Assembly (NCBI GenBank): GCA_024998755.1
Contig: JACEUU010000003.1
Location: 1,417,601 to 1,481,600, forward strand
Direction of reading: 5' to 3'
DNA: 64,000 nt
Source of the DNA: Vampirovibrio sp.
GTDB taxonomy: Bacteria; Cyanobacteriota; Vampirovibrionia; Vampirovibrionales; JAJTHC01
Shown: positions 49,278 through 59,212 of the stretch, in pieces
Numbering within the stretch: the first letter of the stretch is position 1
Layout: each line of letters opens with the position of its first letter
Position numbers and translations under genes: made by a program
Notes under the pieces: generated by a model
Database searches by the model: none
Told to the model about the DNA's origin: nothing
What the model saw: the letters and a program-made list of their open reading frames with translations, nothing else

Positions 49278-50222
49278 CTATTTTTGCGCAGCTAAATACC
49301 GTTTAGCTGCGCCCCACAACGCTTCCCATTCATCAAAGGAAAGGGCTGTTAGGGGTTTGGTAGCGTGTTGTTCAATGTACCAAAATCGGGCTTGGAATTT
49401 ATTGGTGGCTCTGGTTAATGCTACTTCAGGGTCCAAATCGAAAAATTGAGCTAAACTGGCACACGCAAAGAAGATATCGCCCAGTTCGTCTTCCATCCGG
49501 TCTACAATGGGAGATTTTGCAATGGCTTCTACTTTGAACTCATCAAATTCGCTCATCACACATTCCCATAATGACTCCAAATTAGGCCACTTGAATCCTA
49601 GCTTTACAGCTTTCCTACTAATTTTAGCAGCTCTGGAAAGGGCGGGTTGCCCTAACGAAACGGAATTAAGCACGCTTTCAATGGTGGGTAGTGTAGGATT
49701 ATTCTTGGCTTTTTCTGCTTGTTTAATAGCTTGCCATTGGGCGGAAACTTGTTCTGGTGTTTCAATGTGGTTTTGGGCTTGAGCTTCAGGGCGAAACACG
49801 TGCGGATGCCTATGTACTAGCTTTTCCGCCAACGTGTCGCAAATATCAGCAAAGCTAAACAAGCCGTTATCTTGGGCTATTTGGGCGTGTAAAAGTACTT
49901 GTAGTAGTACATCGCCCAGTTCTTCTTTCAGATGGGTAACATTTGCCACGGGCTCATTGGTCATGGTTTCTACAGCTTCGTAGGCTTCTTCTAACAAATG
50001 CGGACGCAGGCTAGCGTGCGTCTGTTTTAAATCCCACGGGCAACCCCCTTGTGGGTTGCGTAGTTGGGCTACTACGGCTAATACTTGTTCTACGGCAGGT
50101 AATTGTGTAGCCACTTTTGTCTGCTGTTCAGCAAATACACCGTGTAGAGGGGTTTCGATTTGGCTGGCTAATGCAGGATTAATGGGACTAATGATGGTTT
50201 CATGTAAAGCATTTGTTGGCAT
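49278..50222 (-). CDS. mazG: Nucleoside triphosphate pyrophosphohydrolase
   Basis: LR....GCPWD..QT..SL, EEAYE, EELGDVLLQV, KL..RHPHVF, W..IK..EK, E.GD.FF, KF..RF. Confidence 0.94.
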   Translation of the reverse strand: MPTNALHETIISPINPALASQIETPLHGVFAEQQTKVATQLPAVEQVLAVVAQLRNPQGGCPWDLKQTHASLRPHLLEEAYEAVETMTNEPVANVTHLKEELGDVLLQVLLHAQIAQDNGLFSFADICDTLAEKLVHRHPHVFRPEAQAQNHIETPEQVSAQWQAIKQAEKAKNNPTLPTIESVLNSVSLGQPALSRAAKISRKAVKLGFKWPNLESLWECVMSEFDEFKVEAIAKSPIVDRMEDELGDIFFACASLAQFFDLDPEVALTRATNKFQARFWYIEQHATKPLTALSFDEWEALWGAAKRYLAAQK

Positions 50223-50296
50223 AGTAGACAGGCTCGTTTTTTTATTAGAGAGGTATAATTCTTCTCATTATATCAAAAACAGACCGTCTATTTTGA

Positions 50297-50686
50297 TTAA
50301 TCGGTCAGGAACGGATGGATAACAAGTGGAGCGATAGGTAACTCATTGGCTTCCAACATCACCTTAATTTCTTGCACTAGCGTTTTTAATTGAATGCCTG
50401 CTAACTGAGTGGGCTTACCATACAGTATCCACACACCGTCTAGTTTTTGAAAACCTTGGGTCAATTTCTTTTTAAACCCGTAGGTGTTTCCGTTTTGCCA
50501 ATGCACAAACGCGGCACTAAGCTGAATGAATCCTTGAAAAAATAATTTTTCAGCCGTTAAAGCTAACCCCTGCCAGCATTGGGTTTCTAATACTTCATGA
50601 GCCTCAAAATAGCTCCTCGTATTAAACAGGCTAACGGCAGAATTCAACCCTAACTTTAGAGTGTCTGGTAAGGGTTTATCTAACAA
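50297..50686 (-). CDS. DUF309-domain protein
   Basis: LFN...YFEAHEVLE..W, FQG.IQL.AA..H...GN..G motif. Confidence 0.85.
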   Translation of the reverse strand: MLDKPLPDTLKLGLNSAVSLFNTRSYFEAHEVLETQCWQGLALTAEKLFFQGFIQLSAAFVHWQNGNTYGFKKKLTQGFQKLDGVWILYGKPTQLAGIQLKTLVQEIKVMLEANELPIAPLVIHPFLTD

Positions 50687-50704
50687 AATTCTATTGGCAG
50701 GTGT

Positions 50705-51178
50705 TCAGCTTTTGGTTATTTTGGCTTCTTCTTGGCTTAAATCAGCCTCTTCAGCTTGGGCATCAGCCAAGTTGAAAACCTCTTTCAAAATGCCATAAGC
50801 CACAGGCGATTGTTTCGCTTTCAACGCATCAATAAACTGCAACGCTGCTACCCGTTGGGCTTCAGGTGGCATTAACTGAAGTAATTCCATTGCCTTTGCC
50901 AGTACAGGTTCTTTATCATACCAGCGGTTTTGAGGCCGATTAGGGTTTTCTAACCGAGCCGTAACTTGAGCCAAAACCTCAGGGGATACTTGAGCTTCAA
51001 CACCCTTAATAAGCTTTGTGGCATAAGTTTTTGCTTCTTCTTTAGCCAATGCCATGAGGTTAATAACTTCCAACAAAATAGGGTCTGTATCATACCAACG
51101 ACGAACCTTCTGATTAGTAGATTGGTTATTATCACCACTGTTATTTACGATACCTGATACAGTAAAAGTCATCATCAT
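50705..51178 (-). CDS. Hypothetical protein with a duplicated RWYD..P.L motif
   Basis: RRWYDTDPILLEVINLM and NRWYDKEPVLAKAMELL internal repeat. Confidence 0.65.
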   Translation of the reverse strand: MMMTFTVSGIVNNSGDNNQSTNQKVRRWYDTDPILLEVINLMALAKEEAKTYATKLIKGVEAQVSPEVLAQVTARLENPNRPQNRWYDKEPVLAKAMELLQLMPPEAQRVAALQFIDALKAKQSPVAYGILKEVFNLADAQAEEADLSQEEAKITKS

Positions 51179-51224
51179 GAATACTGTTCCTTTGTCATTG
51201 GCGTTTTAGAAGGGGGAAAAAAAA

Positions 51225-52532
51225 CTACAATACTTCTTGTAATTCTTGATGCTCAATACTCGTTAGTGGCAACCGATTAATGTTAGCCCCTAGCTGTTGC
51301 AATTTAAGATGAAATGCGTCATACCCACGGTCTAAATGGCTTAGGTTATACACGGAAGAATGCCCTTCCGCCATTAAGCTAGCAATTACCATAGCGGCTC
51401 CTGCCCGTAAATCATGGGCTTTCACTTCCGCACCTGAAAGTTGAGCCACACCTGTTACTACGGCAATTTCATTCTGAACTTGAATGTTAGCCCCCATTCG
51501 GTTGAGTTCGCCCACATGCTTAAACCTATTTTCATAAATATTTTCGGTTACCATTGAAACGCCTTCGGCTACGGCTAGCAATGGCATAAGGGGGGCTTGT
51601 AAATCTGTGGGAAAACCAGGATAGTAAGTAGTTAGGTAACTACTGGCTTTCAGCCTGTTTTTAGGCAATCTGCCTACGCTATAAGTGGTAGCATCCAACC
51701 GTTCAAATTGTGTGCCAATTTGTTCCAACTTACCCATTACTGTAACTAAATGATTCGCTTGCATTTTTTCAATAATAATACGACCACCAGTGCCTGTAAC
51801 AGCAGACATAAAGGTGGCTGCTTCAATACGGTCAGGCATCACAGTAAATTCTGCCCCGTGTAAATCCGCTTTTTTTACACCGTGGATAACTACTTGGCTA
51901 GTGCCTCCGCCTTCAATATTCGCCCCCATGGTGTTAAGGAAGGCAATTAAATCTTGAATTTCAGGTTCTTGTGCAGCGTTGGAAAGTACGGTTGTACCTT
52001 CTGCTAAAACGGCTGCTAGAATGATGTTTTCTGTGGCTCCCATGCTAGGCATATCTAGGGCAATGTTCGCCCCTTTAAGCTTAGACCCCTTAGCGGTAAC
52101 CGTACCGTGAGAAATTTTAATTTCTGCCCCAAGCAATTCTAAGCCTTTAATGTGTTGGTCAATGCCACGTTTACCAATGGTGCAACCACCAGGTAGGGGT
52201 ACTCTAGCTTCGCCGTAACGCCCTAATAATGACCCTAATACATTGAAGCTAGCCCGCATTTTTGAAACGAGTTGATAGGGGGCTTCACAAGTGGAGATAG
52301 TCCCTGCTTGAACTTCTAGCGTACCATCGCCGAAAGAAACCGTTCTGCCAAGGGCTTGGAGGACGTTACCCATAACAGAAACATCGGTTAAATTAGGCAC
52401 GTTATGCAGTTTGCACGCTGCTTCAGTTAGCAGGGTGGCGGACATCAACTTGAGAACAGAATTTTTTGCCCCTGAAATAACAACATTACCATGTAGTTGA
52501 CGTTGACCTTGAATGATGTATTTATCTGTCAC
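51225..52532 (-). CDS. murA: UDP-N-acetylglucosamine 1-carboxyvinyltransferase
   Basis: SGAKNS, MRAS, LPGGC.IG.R.ID.H, S.GATENI, PDRIEA, YPGFPTDLQ, DLRAGA, DRGY. Confidence 0.97.
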   Translation of the reverse strand: MTDKYIIQGQRQLHGNVVISGAKNSVLKLMSATLLTEAACKLHNVPNLTDVSVMGNVLQALGRTVSFGDGTLEVQAGTISTCEAPYQLVSKMRASFNVLGSLLGRYGEARVPLPGGCTIGKRGIDQHIKGLELLGAEIKISHGTVTAKGSKLKGANIALDMPSMGATENIILAAVLAEGTTVLSNAAQEPEIQDLIAFLNTMGANIEGGGTSQVVIHGVKKADLHGAEFTVMPDRIEAATFMSAVTGTGGRIIIEKMQANHLVTVMGKLEQIGTQFERLDATTYSVGRLPKNRLKASSYLTTYYPGFPTDLQAPLMPLLAVAEGVSMVTENIYENRFKHVGELNRMGANIQVQNEIAVVTGVAQLSGAEVKAHDLRAGAAMVIASLMAEGHSSVYNLSHLDRGYDAFHLKLQQLGANINRLPLTSIEHQELQEVL

Positions 52533-52696
52533 TGAAAAAAGACCTTTATGAATGCGAATGTTTAGTATGGTATCAAATGAGCATTATTGTAGCATTAAGA
52601 TATTATAATGGAAAGGTATTTTTACATCTAATTGATTGTGATAAACTAAAGTTATACTTTAGTGTTGAATTTTTTAAAGAACTCCCCTCTTTCACC

Positions 52697-53665
52697 ATGC
52701 CAATCACTCTGCTTTCGGGCGATGATACCTATCGGGTGCAACGCCACCTTAACCAAATTCGTACCCAAGCGTTGCAATCGCCCCTAGGGGAATTGGGCTT
52801 ACAACGTCTTGAAAACCCCACCCCGCAAGCCCTGTTAGAAGCAGTCGGTACAAGGTCTTTAGCATTTGGATGCCTCCCTTTGCTGGAAATTAATCAGTTC
52901 TGTTGGTTCAGCCGAGCCACCAAAGACGCTCACGAAGACAATCAGCTGAAAAATCTGCTGGAATCGCTTCAAGAAGCCGCTGTCGATAAAGATATTTGGT
53001 TCATCACCCCCAAAGCGGATGGGAAACTGAAATTCACCAAGCAATTGAAAGCCATTCTAACGCCCCCAAATATGGAAATTGCCTACGCTATTCCGCCGTT
53101 TTGGGATGTACAAACTGCCGTTGCATTGTTACTAACGGAATGCCAGCAGGAAGGCATTAAGCTGGATAGACCCGTGGCTCAACGATTGGTGGAAGCCAAT
53201 GGGTTCGCCTTGCAACCGCTGATGACGGAATGCCGTAAATTGTGGGTTTATACGGGGAATAAACCTGTTACCCTCAAAGATTTAGCCGTAATGGGGCATT
53301 TGGGCGAAGGTACGTTTGAGCTTATTCGGCAGTGGTTGAACCGCCAGCAGACGCCCCAGTTTTGGCAGGCATTGCATGAAGCGTTGCTGACGCAACACCC
53401 GTTGCAGTTGATGGCGTTGTTGCATCATCAGGTAGATTATGTGCAGGGGCTGAAGATTGGGTTGCAGGTGGGGCAAAGCGTGGATGAAATTGCGAACCGG
53501 CTTGGGAAGAAGTCGTTTTTTATTCAGAAAGAATTGGAGCGGTTTTCGGGTGTTTCGGTAGAGCGGTTAGCACACTTGAAACGTCAATTGTTGCAGGTGG
53601 ATTTTGATGTGAAGACTGGCGGGCTAGAACCCCATTTGGCGTTGGATGTCTTGATGGCGTGTTGA
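52697..53665 (+). CDS. holA: DNA polymerase III delta subunit
   Basis: LLSGDD.Y, P.FW, L..E..KL..Y, F.L and LLQVD..VKTG patterns typical of HolA. Upstream of dnaE. Confidence 0.8.
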   Translation: MPITLLSGDDTYRVQRHLNQIRTQALQSPLGELGLQRLENPTPQALLEAVGTRSLAFGCLPLLEINQFCWFSRATKDAHEDNQLKNLLESLQEAAVDKDIWFITPKADGKLKFTKQLKAILTPPNMEIAYAIPPFWDVQTAVALLLTECQQEGIKLDRPVAQRLVEANGFALQPLMTECRKLWVYTGNKPVTLKDLAVMGHLGEGTFELIRQWLNRQQTPQFWQALHEALLTQHPLQLMALLHHQVDYVQGLKIGLQVGQSVDEIANRLGKKSFFIQKELERFSGVSVERLAHLKRQLLQVDFDVKTGGLEPHLALDVLMAC

Positions 53666-53680
53666 TAGGTTTTTAGAAAA

Positions 53681-53713
53681 CCCTCACCCTAGCCCTCTCC
53701 CAAAAGGAGAGGG
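53681..53713. repeat. CCCTCACCC...CTCTCCC/GGAGAGGG palindromic REP-like unit
   Basis: CCCTCACCCTAGCCCTCTCCCAAAAGGAGAGGG, immediately after the holA stop. Confidence 0.65.
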
Positions 53714-53846
53714 AACAAGATACTTTCTTTTCTTCTCCGATATTGAGGGCTTTCGGTGTGCATAGCTATATTAGGGAGGCTAATTGGGGTTGGTTGTGGT
53801 AGGATGGAGGGTAGTTTTAAATCTATAAAGTGGGAGTGCTTTTGCC

Positions 53847-55019
53847 ATGTTGATTGAATTTAGCGTTGAAAATTACAAATGTTTTGCCACCCAACAAACG
53901 CTGAACATGAGACCCGACCCCGATATTCATAGCCTAGATGAAAACCTCATTCGTACAGGCTTGACGCAAGAAAACGGCGAAGAACTGGTGCTTCTGCCAA
54001 CTGTCGCCATCTACGGAGCGAATGCGTCGGGCAAAAGTAATCTGTTGGAGAGTTTAAATTTAATAGCACCTCAATATCGAGAGGATCGACATAAAGTAAA
54101 TATTCCTAATACAACTTTTTTTAACAATACAAATGGAATACAATTTAAAATTACGGAATGTGTAAAAAAACTTGACCTGACGATTAATTCAGAAGTGTTT
54201 CATTGTGAAGCGAGTAATTTTTATATTTTCAGACAAGCCTATAATGGTTTGCACTTTCGCCAAGTTGAACCAACGGAGTATAAAAATTTACAAGGTGTAT
54301 TACTTGGCGTTTTTCGTAGTGATTTTCCTGTCATAGATTCTCATTATTTTAGAAAATACTATTTGCTTAACGAAATCATCAAACAAAGTGAACCCAATGC
54401 GGATGGGGAATTTGATTTAACAACGGTTCAACATATTCCACTAATAGATACCTTAAAAGATGAAGCCAAACGGCAAAAATTACTGACTCTTGTCCGCAAA
54501 GCAGATTTTAACATTGAAGATATTAAACTGATTCGTCTACAAACAGGGCGTGAAAAATATTCGCTTCAATTTAAGTTTAAAGGGCAAGACGAGATTTTGT
54601 ATTTCGATGCCCAATCTGAAGGGACGAAGCGGTTTTTGCTGATGATGCCCACCATCGTTCATGTGCTGGAAACAGGGGCTATTCTGCTAGCCGATGAACT
54701 CGAACAACATCTGCATCCTGATTTATGCAAGGCGATAGTTGAACTCTTCAATAGCCGAGAAACCAACCCTCACGGAAGCCAGTTGATTTTCACCACGCAT
54801 AATTTAGAGTTGATGGATTTAAACCGTATGCGTCCTGACCAAATTTATTTCATTAATAAAGATGAAGAAACAGGGGCTTCGGAATTGTACCGAGCATCCG
54901 ACTATGACATGGATTGGAATAATGATGATAAATGGAGTAATCCCGCCATTACCATTCAACTACTTTATGAAATGGGAAGATTCTCTGCTCATCCAAAATT
55001 GTGGGGAGGGTTGGCTTAA
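53847..55019 (+). CDS. AAA_21 / RloA-like ABC-type ATPase
   Basis: MLIEFSVENY start, Walker A GANASGKS, signature SEGTKR, Walker B LADELEQHLHP, H-loop FTTHN, QIYF..K. Confidence 0.88.
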   Translation: MLIEFSVENYKCFATQQTLNMRPDPDIHSLDENLIRTGLTQENGEELVLLPTVAIYGANASGKSNLLESLNLIAPQYREDRHKVNIPNTTFFNNTNGIQFKITECVKKLDLTINSEVFHCEASNFYIFRQAYNGLHFRQVEPTEYKNLQGVLLGVFRSDFPVIDSHYFRKYYLLNEIIKQSEPNADGEFDLTTVQHIPLIDTLKDEAKRQKLLTLVRKADFNIEDIKLIRLQTGREKYSLQFKFKGQDEILYFDAQSEGTKRFLLMMPTIVHVLETGAILLADELEQHLHPDLCKAIVELFNSRETNPHGSQLIFTTHNLELMDLNRMRPDQIYFINKDEETGASELYRASDYDMDWNNDDKWSNPAITIQLLYEMGRFSAHPKLWGGLA

Positions 55020-55696
55020 TGGTGAAACAACAGAAAACCCCTGTAAAACAATCCTTTGTGATGTTGTGCGAAGGAAAAGAAACGGAAATTAATTATATTA
55101 ATCGGGTATTGTTCAATGGTTACGGTGGGAAACAGCCCGTATTTAACCGTAGTTCAACTGGGGAAAAAGCCTTAGGAAAATTGTTCGATTTTCGAGGACC
55201 TGATACTGTAAAGCGTGGGCAAGGCGGAAGAACAAGAGCTCTCATTGAAAAAGCCTTGTTGGAAGCAGAAGCTGATACTCAAACGTTAGTTTGGTGCTTC
55301 GTTGATGGAGACACTCTCATAAAAGATAAAATTATGACTCCTGAACGGATTGCCCGAATTAAGCGATGGTCTAATTTGAAAGTTTGTATTACAACGCCTT
55401 GTATTGAATACTGGTTTCTTCTTCATGTACATTATACAACTAGGCATTTTATAGATTGTGATGCAGTGGCGTTAAATAAAGTAAAAGGCTTTGAAAAGTA
55501 CCAGAAAAATGCCCCTGAAGAGATTGATTTACTGTATGAAGAACAAGCGTGGAAAAAAGCAGTAAAACACGCCAATCAACTACAAAACCATTATAAAGTA
55601 GAAGTAGTAACAGACCCTTCTTTTAATTCTACAAACCCCTTTACTGCTTTTCATTATTTTATTGAATTTTTAACAGAACAAAGTGCCCTCTCATAA
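55019..55696 (+). CDS. RloB-like protein
   Basis: CEGKETE..Y, WC.VDGD, TPC.EYWFLLH, A...A..L and NP.T motifs. TAATG overlap with the ATPase. Confidence 0.85.
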   Translation: MVKQQKTPVKQSFVMLCEGKETEINYINRVLFNGYGGKQPVFNRSSTGEKALGKLFDFRGPDTVKRGQGGRTRALIEKALLEAEADTQTLVWCFVDGDTLIKDKIMTPERIARIKRWSNLKVCITTPCIEYWFLLHVHYTTRHFIDCDAVALNKVKGFEKYQKNAPEEIDLLYEEQAWKKAVKHANQLQNHYKVEVVTDPSFNSTNPFTAFHYFIEFLTEQSALS

Positions 55697-58600
55697 TGAC
55701 CCAACCTGAAACCCCAACCCCGAATACGACCATCCCGTTTGTGCCGCTGCATGTGCATAGCCAGTTCAGCTTGCTGGAAGCCGCCAGCAAAAATAAGGAT
55801 TTAATCGCCTGTGCCAAAGCCAACGGCTTCCCCGCCATGGCACTAACCGATAGCGGCAACCTATACGGAGCAGTCGACTTCTACAATCAATGCAAATACG
55901 CCGGCATCAAAGCCATCATCGGCTGCGAAATCGCCGTGATTGATGGGGCCATCACCGAAAAAACCCGTACGCCTACCCAAAGCCTTGTGCTATTGTGTAA
56001 AAATTTAACAGGCTACCAAAACCTCGTCAAACTCGTTTCCATGGCCCACTTGGAAGGCTTTTACTACCGCCCCCGCATCAACTGGGAACTGCTCAAACAA
56101 CACGCCGAAGGCTTGATTGTACTAACCGATTGCCTCCACGGGCCGATTGGTTACAACGTGCTTCGGGGTAATATGCAAGCCGCCAGAGACCGTATTGACT
56201 GGCTGAAATCCGTTTTTGTCGATGACCTTTATATTGAGTTGCAAGACCATGGTACTGGTCCTGAGATGCAAGTAACCGCAGAAGCCGTCAAAATAGCAAC
56301 CCAACTTGGGCTAGCATGCGTCATCACCAACGACAGCCGATTCACCTACGCTGGGCAAGAAACCGCAGTGGATATTTTGTTGTGTATGCAAGCGGGCACA
56401 ACGGTGAAAGACCCCAATCGTCGGAAAACTTACGGAGCCAATTATTTCGTTAAAACCGCCGAACAACACTTGGAAAACTTTAATCACCTAGACCCTAAAA
56501 TCGTTCGCCAAGCCATTGATAATACCCTCATCGTGGCTGAAAAATGCCAGTTTAACTGGCCAATGGGCAAAAGTATTCTACCTGAATACCCCTTGCCTGA
56601 AGGCAAAACAGAAGCTCAATACTTAGAAGATATTGTTTTCGATTATGCCAAAAAACGCTACGGAGACCCCTTGCCTCAAGTGGTGATAGACCGTGCCAAT
56701 TTTGAACTGAACGTTATCAACGAAATGGGCTTTCCCGCTTACTTCTTGATTGTGTGGGATTTTATTGATTACGCCCGAAAGCAAGGCATCCCAGTCGGGC
56801 CGGGTCGGGGGTCAGCAGCGGGTAGTTTAGTTGCCTATGTGTTGGGCATCACGAACCTAGACCCCATCGAACACAACCTCCTGTTTGAACGATTCCTCAA
56901 CCCTGAGCGGGTGAGCATGCCCGATATCGATATTGACTTTTGTATTGAACGCCGTGGCGAAGTGATTGATTATGTAACCCAACGCTATGGGCGTGAGCGG
57001 GTTTGTCAAATTGCCACGTTCGGTACGCTAGCAGCCAAAGCGGCGATTAAAGCCGTGGCTCGGGTAACGGAAATACCGTTTGAAGAAAGTAACCGTATTT
57101 CTAAGCTCATTCCATCCACCCCCGGTACGAAATTGAAAGATGCCCTAGCTGAAGGTATGGAGCTAAAAGCGGAATATGATGCCAACGCGAATGTGAAGGA
57201 ATGGGTGGATTTAGCCTTGCAATTGGAAGGCATTACTTGTAACGTGGGTACGCACGCAGCGGGCGTGGTTATTTCAAAAGACGCCTTGACGGACGTTATT
57301 GCCGTGCAGCAATCCAAAGATGGTCAGCTCATTTCCCAATTTACCATGTTGGATTTAGACAAGCTAGGCTTGTTGAAAATGGACTTTTTGGGTCTGAGAA
57401 ACTTGACGATTATCCACAATACATTAGGACATATTGCTAAAAGAAACGGCATCGTGCCAGATTTAGATACGCTTACGTTGGATGATGACCCCCCTGTTTA
57501 CGAGCTTTTACAGGCGGGCGATACCGACGGCGTTTTCCAGTTGGAATCTTCAGGCATGAAGCAATTGGTGAAAGATTTAAAGCCTAGCACCTTTGAAGAC
57601 ATCAACGCCTTGGTGGCACTCTATCGCCCCGGCCCACTCAATTCGGGGATGGTAAAAACTTTTGTCGACCGGAAACACGGTAGGCAAGCCGTCAGCTTTC
57701 CGCATCCTTCGTTGGAACCCATTTTGAAAGACACTTACGGCACGATTGTTTACCAAGAACAAATTATGCAAATCGCTCAAGTGCTTTCGGGGTTTAGTTT
57801 GGGGCAGGCGGATTTACTCCGCCGAGCGATGGGTAAAAAAGACGCTAACGTTATGGCTAAAGAACGCGAAGGCTTTGTAGCAGGGGCAACCAAAAACGGT
57901 GTGGATGAAAAATTATCGAACGATTTGTTTGATATTATGAGCGAATTTGCGGCGTATTGCTTTAACCGAAGCCATTCGGCGGCGTATGCGTTTGTTGCCT
58001 TCCAAACGGCGTATCTCAAAGCTCATCATCCAGTCGAATATTTATCTGCCTTGCTTTCATCCGTCAGCGATAGTTTGGATAAAATCCAGCATTACATAGC
58101 CACAGGTAAACGGATGGGTATTGAGGTTTTACCGCCGGATGTTAGCCAATCAATTGTTGATTTCAGCCCTGTAGGCGAGGCAATTCGGTTTGGGTTGGCT
58201 TCGGTCAAAGGCGTTGGCGTTGGGGCGGTGGAATCTATTATTAAGGCTCGGGAAGCAGATGCTTTTACCAGTTTGGAAGATTTTTTCAAGCGGGTAGATA
58301 ATAAAGTACTGAACCGAAAAACGTTGGAAGCCTTGATTGGGGCGGGGGCGTTTAGCTCATTCGGGTATAGCCGTAAGCATTTGCAGGAAAATTTGGAAAC
58401 GCTCATTCAATACGCCAACCAGTGTGCTAGCCAAGCGGAAACAGGGCAAAGTAGCTTGTTTGATTTGCTGGGGGCGGATGATGCGGGGGCGGGGTCTGGA
58501 TTGTTGTTGCAGGGCAACCCGACGGAAGAATTTTTGCCAGATGGCATTCAAAAGCTGGAAAAAGAGCTGATTGGCTTTTATTTAACCTCCCACCCGTTGG

Positions 58601-59148
58601 ATGATTTGGTGGAAACCTTGCCGATGGTTACCACCCATGCCTTGTCGGAATTGAAAGCATTGAAAGATGGGGCGGAAGTTCGGGTGGGGGGCTTGGTGGC
58701 TTCATCAGGGCAACGGATGAGCAAGAAAAACAAACCGTTGATTATTGGCAGTTTGGAAGATTTTACGGGAGCGAATGATTTCTTGGTTTTTGGCGATGCC
58801 GTGCAGAAATATCGGGAGTTGTTGGTGGCAGGCACTAAAATTGTGATGAACGCCAAAGTTAGCTTTCGGGGGGATGAGGAAGAAAGCTTTACGCTGATTG
58901 TGAATGAGGTTTCATCGATAGCCAATGTAGAGCCGTTGGTTTTGCGATTTGAGGTGCCGCCTAATTTTCAGGAAGTGGCTTTTATTGGGAAGGTGTTGGC
59001 GGGTAATAAGGGCGATTTACCCGTGATTTTACAGTTTGCTAATGGCGTTCGTCTGAAAACATCTCCCGCTTATTGGATTGATGCTTCCCGAATTGAGCAA
59101 GTCAAAACCGCCCTCAAATACACCCTCAAAGAAACGTGTTTGGTTTAA
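55696..59148 (+). CDS. dnaE: DNA polymerase III alpha subunit, contiguous and intein-free
   Basis: PHP domain (LHVHS.FSLL), GPGRGSAAGS, PDIDIDF, HAAGV, LKMDFLGL, YQEQIMQ, AAYCFNRSHSAAY, OB fold. Confidence 0.98.
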   Translation: MTQPETPTPNTTIPFVPLHVHSQFSLLEAASKNKDLIACAKANGFPAMALTDSGNLYGAVDFYNQCKYAGIKAIIGCEIAVIDGAITEKTRTPTQSLVLLCKNLTGYQNLVKLVSMAHLEGFYYRPRINWELLKQHAEGLIVLTDCLHGPIGYNVLRGNMQAARDRIDWLKSVFVDDLYIELQDHGTGPEMQVTAEAVKIATQLGLACVITNDSRFTYAGQETAVDILLCMQAGTTVKDPNRRKTYGANYFVKTAEQHLENFNHLDPKIVRQAIDNTLIVAEKCQFNWPMGKSILPEYPLPEGKTEAQYLEDIVFDYAKKRYGDPLPQVVIDRANFELNVINEMGFPAYFLIVWDFIDYARKQGIPVGPGRGSAAGSLVAYVLGITNLDPIEHNLLFERFLNPERVSMPDIDIDFCIERRGEVIDYVTQRYGRERVCQIATFGTLAAKAAIKAVARVTEIPFEESNRISKLIPSTPGTKLKDALAEGMELKAEYDANANVKEWVDLALQLEGITCNVGTHAAGVVISKDALTDVIAVQQSKDGQLISQFTMLDLDKLGLLKMDFLGLRNLTIIHNTLGHIAKRNGIVPDLDTLTLDDDPPVYELLQAGDTDGVFQLESSGMKQLVKDLKPSTFEDINALVALYRPGPLNSGMVKTFVDRKHGRQAVSFPHPSLEPILKDTYGTIVYQEQIMQIAQVLSGFSLGQADLLRRAMGKKDANVMAKEREGFVAGATKNGVDEKLSNDLFDIMSEFAAYCFNRSHSAAYAFVAFQTAYLKAHHPVEYLSALLSSVSDSLDKIQHYIATGKRMGIEVLPPDVSQSIVDFSPVGEAIRFGLASVKGVGVGAVESIIKAREADAFTSLEDFFKRVDNKVLNRKTLEALIGAGAFSSFGYSRKHLQENLETLIQYANQCASQAETGQSSLFDLLGADDAGAGSGLLLQGNPTEEFLPDGIQKLEKELIGFYLTSHPLDDLVETLPMVTTHALSELKALKDGAEVRVGGLVASSGQRMSKKNKPLIIGSLEDFTGANDFLVFGDAVQKYRELLVAGTKIVMNAKVSFRGDEEESFTLIVNEVSSIANVEPLVLRFEVPPNFQEVAFIGKVLAGNKGDLPVILQFANGVRLKTSPAYWIDASRIEQVKTALKYTLKETCLV

Positions 59149-59212
59149 AATAGAGACGACAATCTTTTTTTAACACCACTCATTAACTAAATTGACTAGA
59201 GGACTTTTAATC

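Noticed and set aside
55696-59148. Intein or split in dnaE
   Set aside because: The ORF is continuous and of normal length, with no intein motifs at the canonical site.
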